Shown: positions 1-12,065 of the stretch, piece by piece | How positions within the stretch are numbered: position 1 is the first letter of the stretch | How the letters are laid out: every line of letters begins with the position of its first letter | NCBI GenBank assembly: GCA_900088475.1 | Contig: FLMG01000658.1 | Location: forward strand, 1 to 64,000 | Direction of reading: 5' to 3' | DNA: 64,000 nucleotides | DNA from: Hyphochytrium catenoides | Lineage: Eukaryota; Protista; Hyphochytriomycota | Notes under the pieces: generated by a model | The model's input: the letters and a program-made list of their open reading frames with translations, nothing else | Databases searched by the model: none | What the model was told of the DNA's origin: nothing | Program-made: the position numbers and the translations under genes

Positions 1-1997
1 AGCCGCTCTAATTGGTAGCATGCTACCGTGCCTGTGCTACCAAAAAAAGTCTCCATGGGAACGACCCTTATTCATGAAGTAATAATAAAGTCCGTAGAAA
101 ATAACCGCAGATCCGAAATAACCTCCTCCTTCATACTTTATAATAGTTCCCAACAGCAAGAAGAAGTGAAGGTGGTAGAGTTTACCTTTCTTTATTGCAG
201 ACGGAGAAGTGGTATCTGATCTTGAAGAGTCTTCGCGGCCGTGGAGTGTGATAGGTGGCAGACCTACCCTTCTTCTTCGGAGGCGGCTAGGTCAATAATC
301 TTCTATAGGTGATGATGATGATATGAGGGATGATGAAGACATAATAGCTACTAATGCTCAGACAGGGAGGTGAAGAAGAAGATGATGATGATGATGAAAG
401 AAAGAAGAGAAGGAAGAAGAGGCACAGAAGAGTGACGAAGTCTAGGTCCCTCGAAGTCTCTCTCATCAGCGTCATGATCAGAAAAGAAGGAAGACTCTTG
501 ATTCATTTCCTCAGCGATAATAACAATAGGAGAGGCAGGAGGAGGGAGAGAGGAGAAGATAGAAAGAAAGGCACTCAATCAGACCATCATATCATCCTCG
601 ACGACGACAGGCAAGCAAATAGAAGACTTCAATTACCGCTGAGGAGAAATGCACTACTACTACTACAGAACGAATCGGAGGAAGCGCAGTCTTCATGCAT
701 CGCCAGTTTGAGACTCCTCGGGGGGTTGTTGTTTGAATGAGTAAGGCCATTCTGCTAAGGCGAGACGAATGGCAAATGTCGAGAAGCATCAACAAGTGTC
801 TTTTGTGAGACTAAGAGTAATATGTTAACACCTCCTCATCGTCAGAAGAAGAAGAAGAGACGAGCGTTCTTCTTTCTGGTCTCCAATTCTCTTCTCTTTT
901 TACGATCTCTTGTCAAAACAGAAAGGATCATCTTGGGTCTCAAACCAACATACAGCTGGTGCTCTAGACGAAGAAGTAGCGACTCATCAGGGAACCCCGC
1001 GGCCGCCACGTCTTCCACGCATCAGTACGATAAAACAACAAACGGGTAGTAGGAACAAGCGCTTTATATTCCATAAATTCTCACGCACAGCTGAAGAGAG
1101 CAATAACTAAAGTATATAGAGAGGTAAAGGATGATCCGGCGAGCTCTAGCGCAAAACCGTCACGGTCCTTTGAATCTTCTTCCTCTTTCCTGTTCTTCAT
1201 TAGCTATGTTCCTTCTCCTCTTTGTAAAGGACAGAAGGAAGAAAGGAACTGTGTGGTACTACGAACAAATGCAAAGTCCTCCTAATCTAGAGGCTACCAA
1301 GAGTAGACGGAAAGCATTGAGAAGAACGGCAGCAGAGAGATCATCATAGGCTTCCACTACTCGCCCGCCGCTCGTTTCGTTGAGAGCGGGCCGTTGAGCC
1401 GGCAGTCTGCCGCTCCACCACCACAGGCAAGCAGCAAAGGTAGGACGAACAGAGACAGGTAGATAAGGGTGAGCTTGAGGGTTGGAGGCCGCCGCTCGGA
1501 CGATAGACCAAGAAGGAGAAGGAGGCGGGCGGCACAGCAAACAAACGACAGGATGAAGAGGTCGTAGTTCCTTGGGAATTCTCCCCACCACCAATGATAA
1601 ATAACGCGAGAAGAGAGAAGAGAAGATCTTCTTCTTCGCTAAATAACAGTCAACAAGAGGAGGAGCAGCAGCAGCCAAGCTGGAGCAGTGGTGGTGGATT
1701 GCTTCGGACTCTGTTCCCTGCCTTGCACAACGAAGACCCGGATATCCTAGAAATGCCGCCCTTTTTACTTCTAATAAGAGAGAACAGGTGAGAGAACCCT
1801 ATCAGACCGTTACTGAGGGAAAATAACCTCTCTGCGAATACCTTCCTTTCAGAAACCCTTCCGTTAAGTTTCCAGGGCAAATGCTAGCAGTAGAGCTTGA
1901 AAGGTTTCATGCCCCTGCTGGGAAAGATTTCCTGGGGATCAGATACAGCGAGAGGGGAGAGGGAGTTGTCATGATGTCCGCATCTTTTGGACACACA

Positions 1998-2305
1998 ACT
2001 CTCTCTCTCTGTCTCTCTGTCTATGCCTCTCTCTCTCACACTCTCTCTCCCTAACTGTGTCTCTCTCTTTTCTTCTCTGTCTCCCTCTTTTGCTATCTCT
2101 CTCTTTCCTTGTTCGTTTTCTCTCTCTCTTTCCTTTTGGCTCTCTCTCTCTCTCGTTTTTGGCTCTCTCTCTCTCTTTCCTCTTTGTCTCTCTCTCTCTC
2201 TTCTCTTTTTTGGCTCTCTCTAAATGTCTCTCTCTCTTCTCTCTCTCTCTCTTTTTCTCTCTCATTCTCTCTCTCTCTCTTCTTTGGCTCTCTCTTTCTC
2301 TCCCC
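1998..2305. repeat. Imperfect (CT)n microsatellite
   Basis: Continuous ctctct tract with interruptions; the overlapping LSLS/ERER ORFs are artefacts of it. Confidence 0.95.
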
Positions 2306-2871
2306 TTCACAGGCAGCAAGGGATTGCTGTTGTGTCTTGATTATTGATAAGTTTTTATTTGAGGCGGGATGATGAGCAGCAAAAGCAACGAACTCCCCTG
2401 CTGGGAGGGCTGTGACGAAGGAACAGAGTCCATCAAGGATGAGCAGAGAAGTGAGATGGAGGCTCCTTTCATCAGAGGGAGAAGAAGACCAGAGGATCAC
2501 ACGAGCGTCAGGAGCTCCTCCCAACAGAGCAGCATTAATAGTTCGAAGCGTACGACCGCTACTTTCCCCTGCTGCTCTTGTCGACACCATAAACAGCAGT
2601 CGTCTGCCGTTTGCTATCAATAGCGTTTCGCAAGCTTCATAAGAAATCGGAAGACAACGTCTTCTCTCTCCTCTTTGGAACGCTGCTTGTTTGGCCTTTC
2701 TTCCCCGCGTCGCAATGAAGATGACAGCTTCGTACTAGGAAAGATTTAAGAACCCACATGATAATGATACCTGCTCACCAGTGGCCATCACTCTTCTGAG
2801 ACAAGAAAGGCATAGGCGCGCACTCTAAGACCGGACCAACCGGCGGTAAGCGCAGTTGCGGACAGAGAAAG

Positions 2872-3636
2872 ATGAGGTTCCTGTCATCCAGACGTAAAGA
2901 TGTCGGAGGAGAGGAGCCTGCAGAGGAGGAAGGGCCAGAGAGCAATACTGACGTGCTGCCCAAAGCAACAGCTTCCAACCGGAGGACTTCAAAGTCTACC
3001 TTCACCAGTGCCGTCTCTAAGCTTGGGAAGAAGGATCACCAGAAGCAAGAGACGGAAAGACTTGACTCTGTCCCTCAGCAAGAAGAGGTAAAAGCATCAC
3101 CCAAGGAGAGAACCCCTAGAATGGCTGCCAGGAACCTTCCTCGTCGATCACCTACATCTACCAGACAGGACCATGAGAACCAATTTGCAAGGCTACACGA
3201 TGTACTGATGCACCGGTCTAAAGGTGCCTCCGATGACCGCCTTCTTTATCACCTTGTCCAGTCTTCTAGCACTGGATCTATGGAAGGGGAGCCGCAGCGA
3301 GTGCCTACTGCCACTGACAGTGAAACTGGTAGCAGCTTGTACAGCCTATCGCGGCTAGCTATAGATAGAGAGAAGGCTAAGTCTATGAACACCAGAGACC
3401 GACTGCGCCTCTGGAGGAGCCAGAAGCACGTGCTAAACTCTGAGGTCTTCAACTCCGACCGCCGCCCAAGCAGCAGAGTATCCGCCGCCCACCGCAGGAG
3501 ATTCGGCTCGTCCTCCAAGTCGCCGGGGCAGGAGGTTCAAGAAAATAATCAAGAGGATTGTGTGCAGCAGGAACACGAAGATGTAGCTAAACCGCTTACA
3601 AAGCAAGTGCGCTTTAGGGAGTCCGACAAGCTATGA
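2872..3636 (+). CDS. Hypothetical intronless protein, 254 aa, charged/Ser-rich and probably disordered
   Basis: ATG-initiated 254-codon ORF with protein-like composition; no recognisable domain. Confidence 0.6.
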   Translation: MRFLSSRRKDVGGEEPAEEEGPESNTDVLPKATASNRRTSKSTFTSAVSKLGKKDHQKQETERLDSVPQQEEVKASPKERTPRMAARNLPRRSPTSTRQDHENQFARLHDVLMHRSKGASDDRLLYHLVQSSSTGSMEGEPQRVPTATDSETGSSLYSLSRLAIDREKAKSMNTRDRLRLWRSQKHVLNSEVFNSDRRPSSRVSAAHRRRFGSSSKSPGQEVQENNQEDCVQQEHEDVAKPLTKQVRFRESDKL

Positions 3637-4209
3637 AGGGCCCTGTAAGAGAGATGATTAATCTTCAAGTGCCTATGGCATGGCTAAGGATTTGGAGGCT
3701 GACAGACCAACGCGACTATTGTTATTAAGGGTGCAACCCTCAGAAAAAGAAATTTCTTTGGACTGGCCCGGGCACTCATCTGACTGCAGAAGTTATCCTT
3801 AGTGTGTGTGTCTTCTCTACTTGTTAGGCAGAAGTATATCCTCAGAAAGCAAAATCACATCTACCAAGCAGTAAGATACGCTGATTGGAGCAACAAGTCA
3901 CTTTGAATGAGGCATACCAGTCTTCCTCACAGCCAATCTCAGCAGGACAGACCGGCAGACGGCATACTGTTCTCTCTTTGTAGACGTCGCGACAGATGTA
4001 AAAAATAAAAGGGGACTCAAGCTGGGGGCCGTCGTTTCCTGTAGGGGACGTGGCTACTTGCCGATTGCTATGTAGGGAAGACACATGCTGCCTCCATTGG
4101 TGGAAACTCTTGCCAGCTTTCAAGGAACTACCTGTCCCTGATATCCCAGAAGTATTGTCCATTTTACCTGCCACACGTCCCGTGAGCTTCCTTCTTTGTC
4201 CTCATACTC

Positions 4210-4730
4210 TATAGTCTGCCACTCCCTCAGACTGCCAGCTGGAAGAGATCTCTCCAAATATCGTGCAGGTTTAGTCCCTTAGTGCTTCAACAGGCCCGTT
4301 GGGGACCTGAGTGGGTGCGGCCTTGTTGTCTATCGCCCGGTGGACTAGCCGGAAGCGGGCGGGCTAGCGTAATGTCAAGCACTGTTTCGGATATAGAGCA
4401 CTAGACGCTGAGCTGTTACAAATGATGCTATTGAGAGTGGCAATAACAATCATAGATGATGTGCTTCTAGCTGCTGTGGGTCCGTCACATTATAGAAAGA
4501 GGAGAGGAGGAGCGATATCTCGACCTCTGCACCATTCCTTTGCTGAGTGCTTTGAATAAGCGAATAGAGCTAATCTTTCTGTGACCATCCTTCTTCCTGC
4601 GCCCTGATTGATGCCCACCTCCAGCGCTGACAACGAGAGAAGCCGGAGCTTGAAGACCGGTGATCTCTCTCAAGCTTGCGCGCTGGGCTGGTCAAAAATT
4701 CAATGCCCTTTCAACTGTCAATCTCCACAG
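4210..4730 (+). mobile_element. Decayed, internally deleted hAT-family transposase relic
   Basis: Ordered motif remnants across frames: VCHSLRL (~4214, CxxH-like), LSIARWTS (~4326, TRW motif), LMPTSSADNERSRS (~4608, hAT dimerisation PxSSAxxERxFS); many stops. Confidence 0.6.
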
Positions 4731-7700
4731 ATCCGGGGGGAGCACTGTAAAAAGGGTCCTGGGGTGGGTCTGTAAATTGGTTGGTCAGCCTTCCAAGCAA
4801 CAAGGACACTCATCCTTTCCCTTACATTTGTGTGGCGAGGCGCTGCAATCATCTCTGATGACTGGAGGAAGCTATGAAGCTCAGAAGATATGACAGTCGA
4901 CGATCTGCAGTGTGCCAAGTATTGGCTCAGTAAGCAGCGGTCCGAGCTCAGTCTGCATCCCAGAGGCACAATGAGCGCTATCTCACTGGCTTCAAGCATC
5001 ACGTGAGTTGGGTTAGCCATTGGCTGGTATGAGCAGAATCGTGCAGAGGGGTGAGCATTCGGGCTGTGATTAGCGCTTTCGGCTCTGGATGGTCCTATCA
5101 TCACTTTGTAGACGTTGTGCCTGGGAGAGAACCAACCCCTATTACTTCCGGTGCACCATATCCATTTGCCATAGAATAATGCTCGTGGAAGGTTGTCGGT
5201 GAGATGATCGTTGGTGCTATCGTCAGCGGATGCTCTGACTACCCATATCCTGACCCTTTGCTACCGGAATGGTGTTAGACTGTGTCAGTCATTCTAAAAC
5301 TGAGATTACAACTACTTCCTCCTTTGCCGGAAGTGGGATGACTGACGCTTGCGAAAATTGTTCCTTTTCCTAACATCTTAAGACAAAACAGGAAGACAAC
5401 CAGCACTGTCCGTCACACAGCTCGTCTCAGGGTTGTCGACCAGATTAGCGAACAATGAGATGATGAGAAGCATTTGTTTGACCATCGGATGATGCTCAAC
5501 AATTAGACTACAATTCCCTGATCATTGTTCACTAGCCCAGCGGCAAAGTCACATAGGACACCCTTTCTGCTATGGACGTAGTAGGTAGTGCGCTTTTAAG
5601 AGTCTTTGGTACTAGGGTCAGCAAGGCACACTCTGTAACTGTTAGGGTCCATCGTATGATGTGCCCGATGGCTGCTTATAATTTCAAACCTTGCTAGAAA
5701 GCATGTGGAGCACGTGCAAGCGCCATGCAACTTTTATGCATGATGCTAGCCGAAGCCCACAAACAGCTCTACGCCATAGTTCTGTTAGGCCTTTATATGG
5801 TCACAATAAACACATTATGCTATCAATATAGGTCCCTCTCCCTGAGCACTAAGGCTTTCGTTTAAACTAGAATGTGACAGGCTGTTCCGATTGCTGCTAA
5901 CATAGGGTTTGCCCGCAGGTTCTCAAAAGACAGGCAGGAGCTTTCATCTCCTTCGTGACTTCTCTAGGATCGTCCGAAGTTCTGGGGCGCTCTGCAGAAC
6001 GTTATATATTGTGATTGGGCCTTCAGCTTTGCCTCGGGGCTAAACAATCAATAAGGAGCGAGAACAGGGGCCGTGTGGTCAGTGAAACGAGGGCAATTAT
6101 CTGATACCGCGACATCCCCCCCACACTTTTCCTACTTACCCGTTCCGCCATGCACTTCATCAGTTCTCTGCCGGCTAGCTCGACAGCCATAGGATCTCGG
6201 TTTTTGTAGCCGTCCACATCCTTGAGCAACGTTTCCTCATCCATGTCATCATCATCATCGTCTTCATCCCCACCGCCAGTTAACGCAGCAAGGAAGTTGT
6301 TGAACTCGATGGTGCAAGGTTTGTGGCTAATTTTTTGACGGTTCAAGTATCTCCTCACATCAACCATGTGGATGACTCCTCGTCGGCGTATTCCTGACAT
6401 ATTCTTGAGCGAGAGGAGGCAAAATAAGCCCCGGATAGTATGTATAGGAGCCACAGGATCTATTTTATGAAGGGAGAAGCCAAAGTCCTGTTAATCTAGT
6501 AGCGAGCCCAGCTAAGTTCGCTTATGGACCTACCTCTCCCTCTTATCCACCAACCGAAATCGGTCAGGACGACTGGATCGCGGGAACCTTACTTCCTGGT
6601 GTGTCTCAAACAAACAGAGCTGCTTACCCACCAACGGTAAAGCCCCACTTCAGGCGAATCCTCTGCTCACCGGACCTTTGGGTGGGCGGACTCCAGAGTG
6701 GAAAGTAGGCCGAGATCTGCAGAAGAAATCTCTATGACGAGCTTCCAACAACAGAACTCCAGACCAGCCAGCGGAGTCTCCTCGGGGTCGCTAACGGCCA
6801 GCATTCAGGATGTGTTCCTCAATAAACTCGCTAACAACGACTACAGGGCAATGATGGTGAGGGATATCGAATCTTTGTAGAGAAGAAATCACTATAATTA
6901 CTCATAAATCTCATCATGAAGCGTAATAGCTTTCTGCTCAAAAAATAAATCCAATGCCGCATCGCTCCTTTCTCGTTATAATGCAAATGATGGGAGGAGG
7001 TATGCCCTAGGCTGCGCTTCTCTGATTCTATTCCGTGTTGTTGATGGACTCATTCGGTTTGATGATGACGACATTTTTTTCATATGAAGAAGGCGCCCAT
7101 TTCAGGGGAAGAAGTCCGCGATAAAGATTGTAAGGGTTGATCTTGTTGGCATCGTTCTCGCTGCGTAGCTATTAATGGAATTACTCTGTGTGGTACATCC
7201 TTCTTGAGGTGCTTACAGTGCTGATGATGGGGACTTCTTCTGGACCTTATGGACACAGTGCTCCGCCGAAGGAATAGTCTATTATCTCTCTACGTGCAGT
7301 ACTTCTTGAAGTGCTCTTCATGCATGATGGTAATTGGTCGTTGATCTCATCGGCACCATTTACCGCGGCCCCTATGGTCTTTCTCAGGGTATGCGGCGCT
7401 TCTTGAAGAATTCACGATCCATAGTGGAAACTTTTTATTTATAGGTGGCGCTGCCATCCGCCTCAACAATGGTCTCTCGTCGTGTATGCAGTTTATTCAC
7501 ATAAAGTAAAACTAAGTCGTGCCTAATCTTAAAACTCTCTACTCCTGTTGTCAAAGTGCCTATCAATACGTATGAGTCGATGATACTGAGACGCCAACAG
7601 GGAGGTTGAGAGCAAAACGTCATTCACAAAATAAGGGAAGTGAGAGGGGCGAGTCTGCTGCCAGTGAAAGAAGAGAGGTAGCAAAGAAGCCTGAAAAAAC

Positions 7701-7973
7701 CATGGCTAAAACCTCACACCAACGAGTGATAAGACAATTGTTCAAAAGCAACCGGTCGCCCCGACAGAGCACGACCACGAGGATCTGAGGAGACTTCGAG
7801 CCCCATGGGGTAGACCATCTAGAAGGCGGATGAGAAGACTGCGGTATCAGACCCTGCTTGGTCCCTACTGAACCGCAGTGGGAAGAAATCTACGCCAGAT
7901 TGCTTTGTTTGGCGCGACAAGTTGCTGCGTATTTGAGCTCATAGGCGAGGTTGTGGCATCTCGCCCGCCGAGC

Positions 7974-9679
7974 CTAGCGATGGCCATCGTGCTGGTTTGC
8001 CTTCAATGTGTTAGTGACGACGCCCAGGTGGATAATCCTGTCCCCAGCCTGCACGACAGGATTCACGTTCTTTCCAATGACAATTCCGTCTTCTGGAGCA
8101 AAGTAGTCCCTAACATGATCGCCTAGTAGAGAGAATGGTGAACATAAGGTAGTGACACATCATAGGCTGGGAAAATCCCTTACCGAAGACATCATGGACT
8201 GTTGCTATCTTGTCGCCCTTCCTCACCCACGTGTTGACCTCTGCAGTGTAGAGGTGGTAGAAATGAGACGGGAATGGCTTTAGTAACAGAGACATATACT
8301 TGGCGTGCTAACGGTCATAGGAGCAAGCACTGACCTGGATGGACGACCATCAGCCCTCCAACATCTGCATAACTCCACGAAGACCGCCCACAGACCACTG
8401 GGTCCACATCTGGCGGCTCATTGGAGGCTTCGACAGAGAGCATGTTCAGATACACCATAATGTTATACACGCCGACGAGAGCGTGCCTGATGTACCGCCG
8501 CTGAAAGACTAGCGGGTTGCCAATCTCCACAGTGATGGCGGGGATTTGCAGCTTGGCGGCCGCCCCTCTGAGGGAGCCGTCCGGACTGGAGTTATGTACG
8601 ACAATCTGCGGGTTCTGTAGAAGCGCCATCCGTCTGGCCATTGGCTCCAGAAGATTTGCCCGCACATAAAGAGAGTTTACTCTTCCGTGGCTCGCAGTGT
8701 GAAGGTCAATGAGAAAGTCTAGCTTCTTGATAATCTTGTGCATGAACTGGTAGCAGTATTGATTCCCGCTATCGCCGTCTGGCTTGCCAGGGAACAATCT
8801 GTTGAGATCCTGACCGTCACTGAAGGTTCTGGTGCACCGCATAAAGCCCGGGTTATTCACCACGGGCACGAAGACCACGATGCCGTGCAGAGAGTCGACA
8901 TCCAGCTCCTTAACTAATCTGTGGATCAGCGGGATGCCATTGAGCTCATTGCCATGCACCGCTGCTGTTATGCCTAATATTGGCCCTGAGAGCATCCCTC
9001 GTGCTATGATCAGCGGGATCTTCAGGGTACGAGAGAACGCATCCATGGTAAGCGAGAGCCATAACCGGTGGATGCGGCCGGGAAGGAGATCAGAAAACTC
9101 CACAGTGTCCAACAGCACGCGCTTGTCTGTCTCCTCATAATGGCTGAAGTCTGAGGGCCTTCGAACCATTGGCCTCTTTTTCTCAAGCATTGAGCCCAAC
9201 ACGTTTAGCACATTCATGCCCTCCGTCGTATCTTGAAAGCGAGCGTTGTCAACCTTGGATGCCCAAGCCAGCACGTTAACATTCACACCTGCGCCTCCAG
9301 CCTCTCCCAGCCACCGTTGCCACTTCTTCAGGATCTTACCAAAGGCAACTTTATTGACAGTGGCATAGTCAAAGAGCCGCATAATCCTCTCACGGAAGTT
9401 CAGCAGCGTCAGTCTGTCATGCTTCTTCTCTTCAGCGAGCTTGTGGCCCTCGTCCACTAACTTCTTGATCTCTACCGTGTAAAAGTCATCAACCCTTCTT
9501 ACGTCTTCCTCAATAATGGCTTCAAACTTCAGAACCGTATCGCTAATAGTCTCAGGAGGCGGATGCTCCTCGGCAGAAGTTCCAGCTTGCCGGATTAAGT
9601 TCTTGAGCTCTTCATACCGCACGTACTGATCCTTCCATTCAGGCACCATGCGCACAAGCATCTGCTTGGAAAACTTCAT
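7974..9679 (-). CDS. SPX domain fused to succinylglutamate desuccinylase/aspartoacylase-family (AstE/AspA, M14 Zn) hydrolase; 3 exons (9679-8335, 8240-8184, 8122-7974), 516 aa
   Basis: SPX N-terminus MKFSKQM..VPEWKDQYVRYEELK and NKVAFGKILKK; hydrolase motifs AAVHGNELNG, DLNRLFPG, LIDLHTAS, ITVEIG. GT-AG splicing restores the family C-terminus VHPEVNTWVRKGDKIATVHDVFGDHVRDYFAPEDGIVIGKNVNPVVQAGDRIIHLG. Confidence 0.93.
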
Positions 9680-11099
9680 CCTTCGTGACTGCCAAGTCAG
9701 TTGCCCTTGATGTCGTCACGATCTAGCGGAATCTGTGTCTAGAACTAGCAGGCGCAGCAGCGAGCGGAGGTCTAAGGATAAATTTGCGGGCCTCTGTCTC
9801 CGACAATGCTAACAAGCCTGTTCGACCTGCTGACAACTGACCCAGGCAATGATGATCAGCGTTAACCCATCGACTTGAAGCTCCATCTGTCACTGGCCTA
9901 AACCGTTGCTGGTGGGGGAGAAGTCCTCAGTGCGGAGTGCTGAGCTGCATCAAGCGGCCTCTCCATGCCGCAACGCCTTGAAGCCCAAGATCATGAAGGC
10001 TCATGCACTCGGCTGCCTCTCCTTCCTTCAGATAGGCGCTAACGGTTGGGATTCTACCATCTGTGCCTTGCTTTGTGCACGCGTTCTACTATGTGTAAGG
10101 AGTAAGGAATGTCCGCACTCATCCCAGGAAAGAGCTCGTTGGCCGCCGTCATCAGGGACCCGAGCTTGGCTTGAGCTCCACCAGGCTTTGCTTCGGGAGC
10201 TGGTGAGCAACTAACACCACACTGCGTGGGTTGGCAAGCAGCAGCAGGGCCACAAGCACAACACCACAAGGTCATAGATGACAGGTAGATTAGGCTGCAT
10301 TCGCGTTATATATAGACAACAGTAGGTAGGGTTGTTGGCCGGTACTAAGGGCGCCTCTTCTTTACTGTGCACCATCCGGGCATCACGCAGCGCTGCCGGT
10401 CCAGCTAATCCAAGGGATGTATGAGGGAAAGATCGCTTCGCGTCGCCCTTTTATGTAGCCTGTTATACCCGTCTAGCCTGCTCTCCTAAGGACACTCGCC
10501 TCATGCTGCTGTGCTCCGTTAAGCCCTTCTTGCCGGACTAATTACGATCCCACTTCCCTCACTTGTTACTTTTAGTGTCTTTCTGCTTCTTCCAGCACCT
10601 TTTCTATGACAACAAAGTGGCCTCATACCATACTCTGAGGAGGGCTGCTGTTGTCTCCACCCACTAAACCCCCCGCCAAGAAGGAAGTCCTCCGCCGCCA
10701 TTCTACTAGTAAGTGGCTATGAAGCACACTCCTAACTACCCTACAGCCGCACCCGTCGTCATCAAGCCACGGGGGCAGTTGATGCTTCTGGGTTTGTTCT
10801 CCATAGAGCGGCTGCCCTTCTTGTCGTGGCATACGATTTACTGCCCTCACTAATTAAGGAAGACGTATTTATTATGATGATAAGCTCAAGGGTCTCTCGA
10901 CCAATTGATTGCAGCGTCTAATAACTGAGCGTCGTCTGGTTTGATACATGTTACCTCTTACACCGCCCCTCACGTCGAAGTACTCTACTGACCTAGAAGT
11001 GTCCGAGCATTGCCTGCGTCCTACTACTACTTGTGAAGGTTAGTGTCTACCTAGCCGGTGGGAAGAAGCCAGATCTTTAAACTACCTAGCCTGCTCTTT

Positions 11100-11470
11100 A
11101 TAGGCGCTAAACCTGGCGCCTTGCGTCCCAAGTCCCCGATGATGTTTTCATTCGACGCCGCACCACCTATGGCTAAGAAAAATACATTTATGAGCAAGTT
11201 TCCTCTGTTCTTCCGCCTTGCCTTAGATAGTGGCTGCCGATCCCTATGTAATGAGGATGCGAGCAAATAAGGGTCACGGGAGCTTGTAGACCTGGAGACT
11301 GAGCCACGTGAGATGATGATGGGCAGTGAAAGTGACCTTGAAGACTGGTGGCCAGGCCGACCAACCACGAAGTTCCCATGAAGATTTGGCATTCAAACCA
11401 TTAGTGCCTGAGAGAGCGTGATAGGATCTGCGCCATTGGGCGGTAAAAACCTCTCAAATGGGAAGAAGAC
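11100..11470 (+). mobile_element. Possible hAT transposase C-terminal (dimerisation domain) relic
   Basis: Frame reading DLEDWWPGRPTTKFP*RFGIQTISA* at ~11335-11410 resembles LxWW..xFPxLxxLAxxxLS; interrupted by stops. Confidence 0.4.
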
Positions 11471-12065
11471 GTACTCTTGAAGGGGATGAAAAAGTAAATC
11501 CCAGATTTCTCACAAGCTGAAACGGATTATTTTTGGCAGAGTTGAAGTTGAAGAAAGATTCCTTTCCTCGGAGTAGTTTTCAATTACTGCAGGCTGACGT
11601 TAATTCAGACTAACCGAAACCTTCAAAATTGAGGAAGCTTTCAGGCCCGATGATGATGTGTTGAGTGCAATCCTTGACAGTTTGATAGGTGCTTCTCCAT
11701 CTCAAGAGCTGCTCTCACTGGACAGAGAGATGCACTGCACTCTCGAGGAGTAAGAGCAGGGAAGGGAGCAGCTGATGGCGCAGAAGATAGAGAGGGAAGA
11801 ATCTAGAGAGATAATGAGAAGCGTCGGAGATAGAAAGAGAAGGGACCAGGTAGAAGATGCGCTGGTTATACAGAGTCCCCTACAATAGTAGCCAAAGATA
11901 GAGGAAAGTAGAGGAAAAGGCGGTGTTGTGAGGAATAAGGTTTGAGAGAATGAAGGGAGACAGTCCACCCAATGAAGCGTTATATGGCGCTCTCCTCCCA
12001 TCGAGGCTGGTGAGACAGAGCTTGCGGACGATGCTCATCACTCGTCAACCTTCATATGCATCACG

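Noticed and set aside
1-1960. Many short ORFs (e.g. 354-740, 1259-1678)
   Set aside because: They arise from GAA/GAT/GCA low-complexity tracts, with no domain motifs or consistent splice chain.
1969-2620. LSLS and ERER ORFs
   Set aside because: They are translations of the (CT)n microsatellite.
6023-6454. 143-aa minus-strand ORF with an acidic tract
   Set aside because: It looks protein-like in part, but I could not assign a family or build a gene model; it may be a decayed element fragment.
7000-7620. Possible BED/SWIM finger remnants on the minus strand (PLWI..KWCR*..HFKKYC; HCKHL)
   Set aside because: Too degenerate to distinguish from chance.
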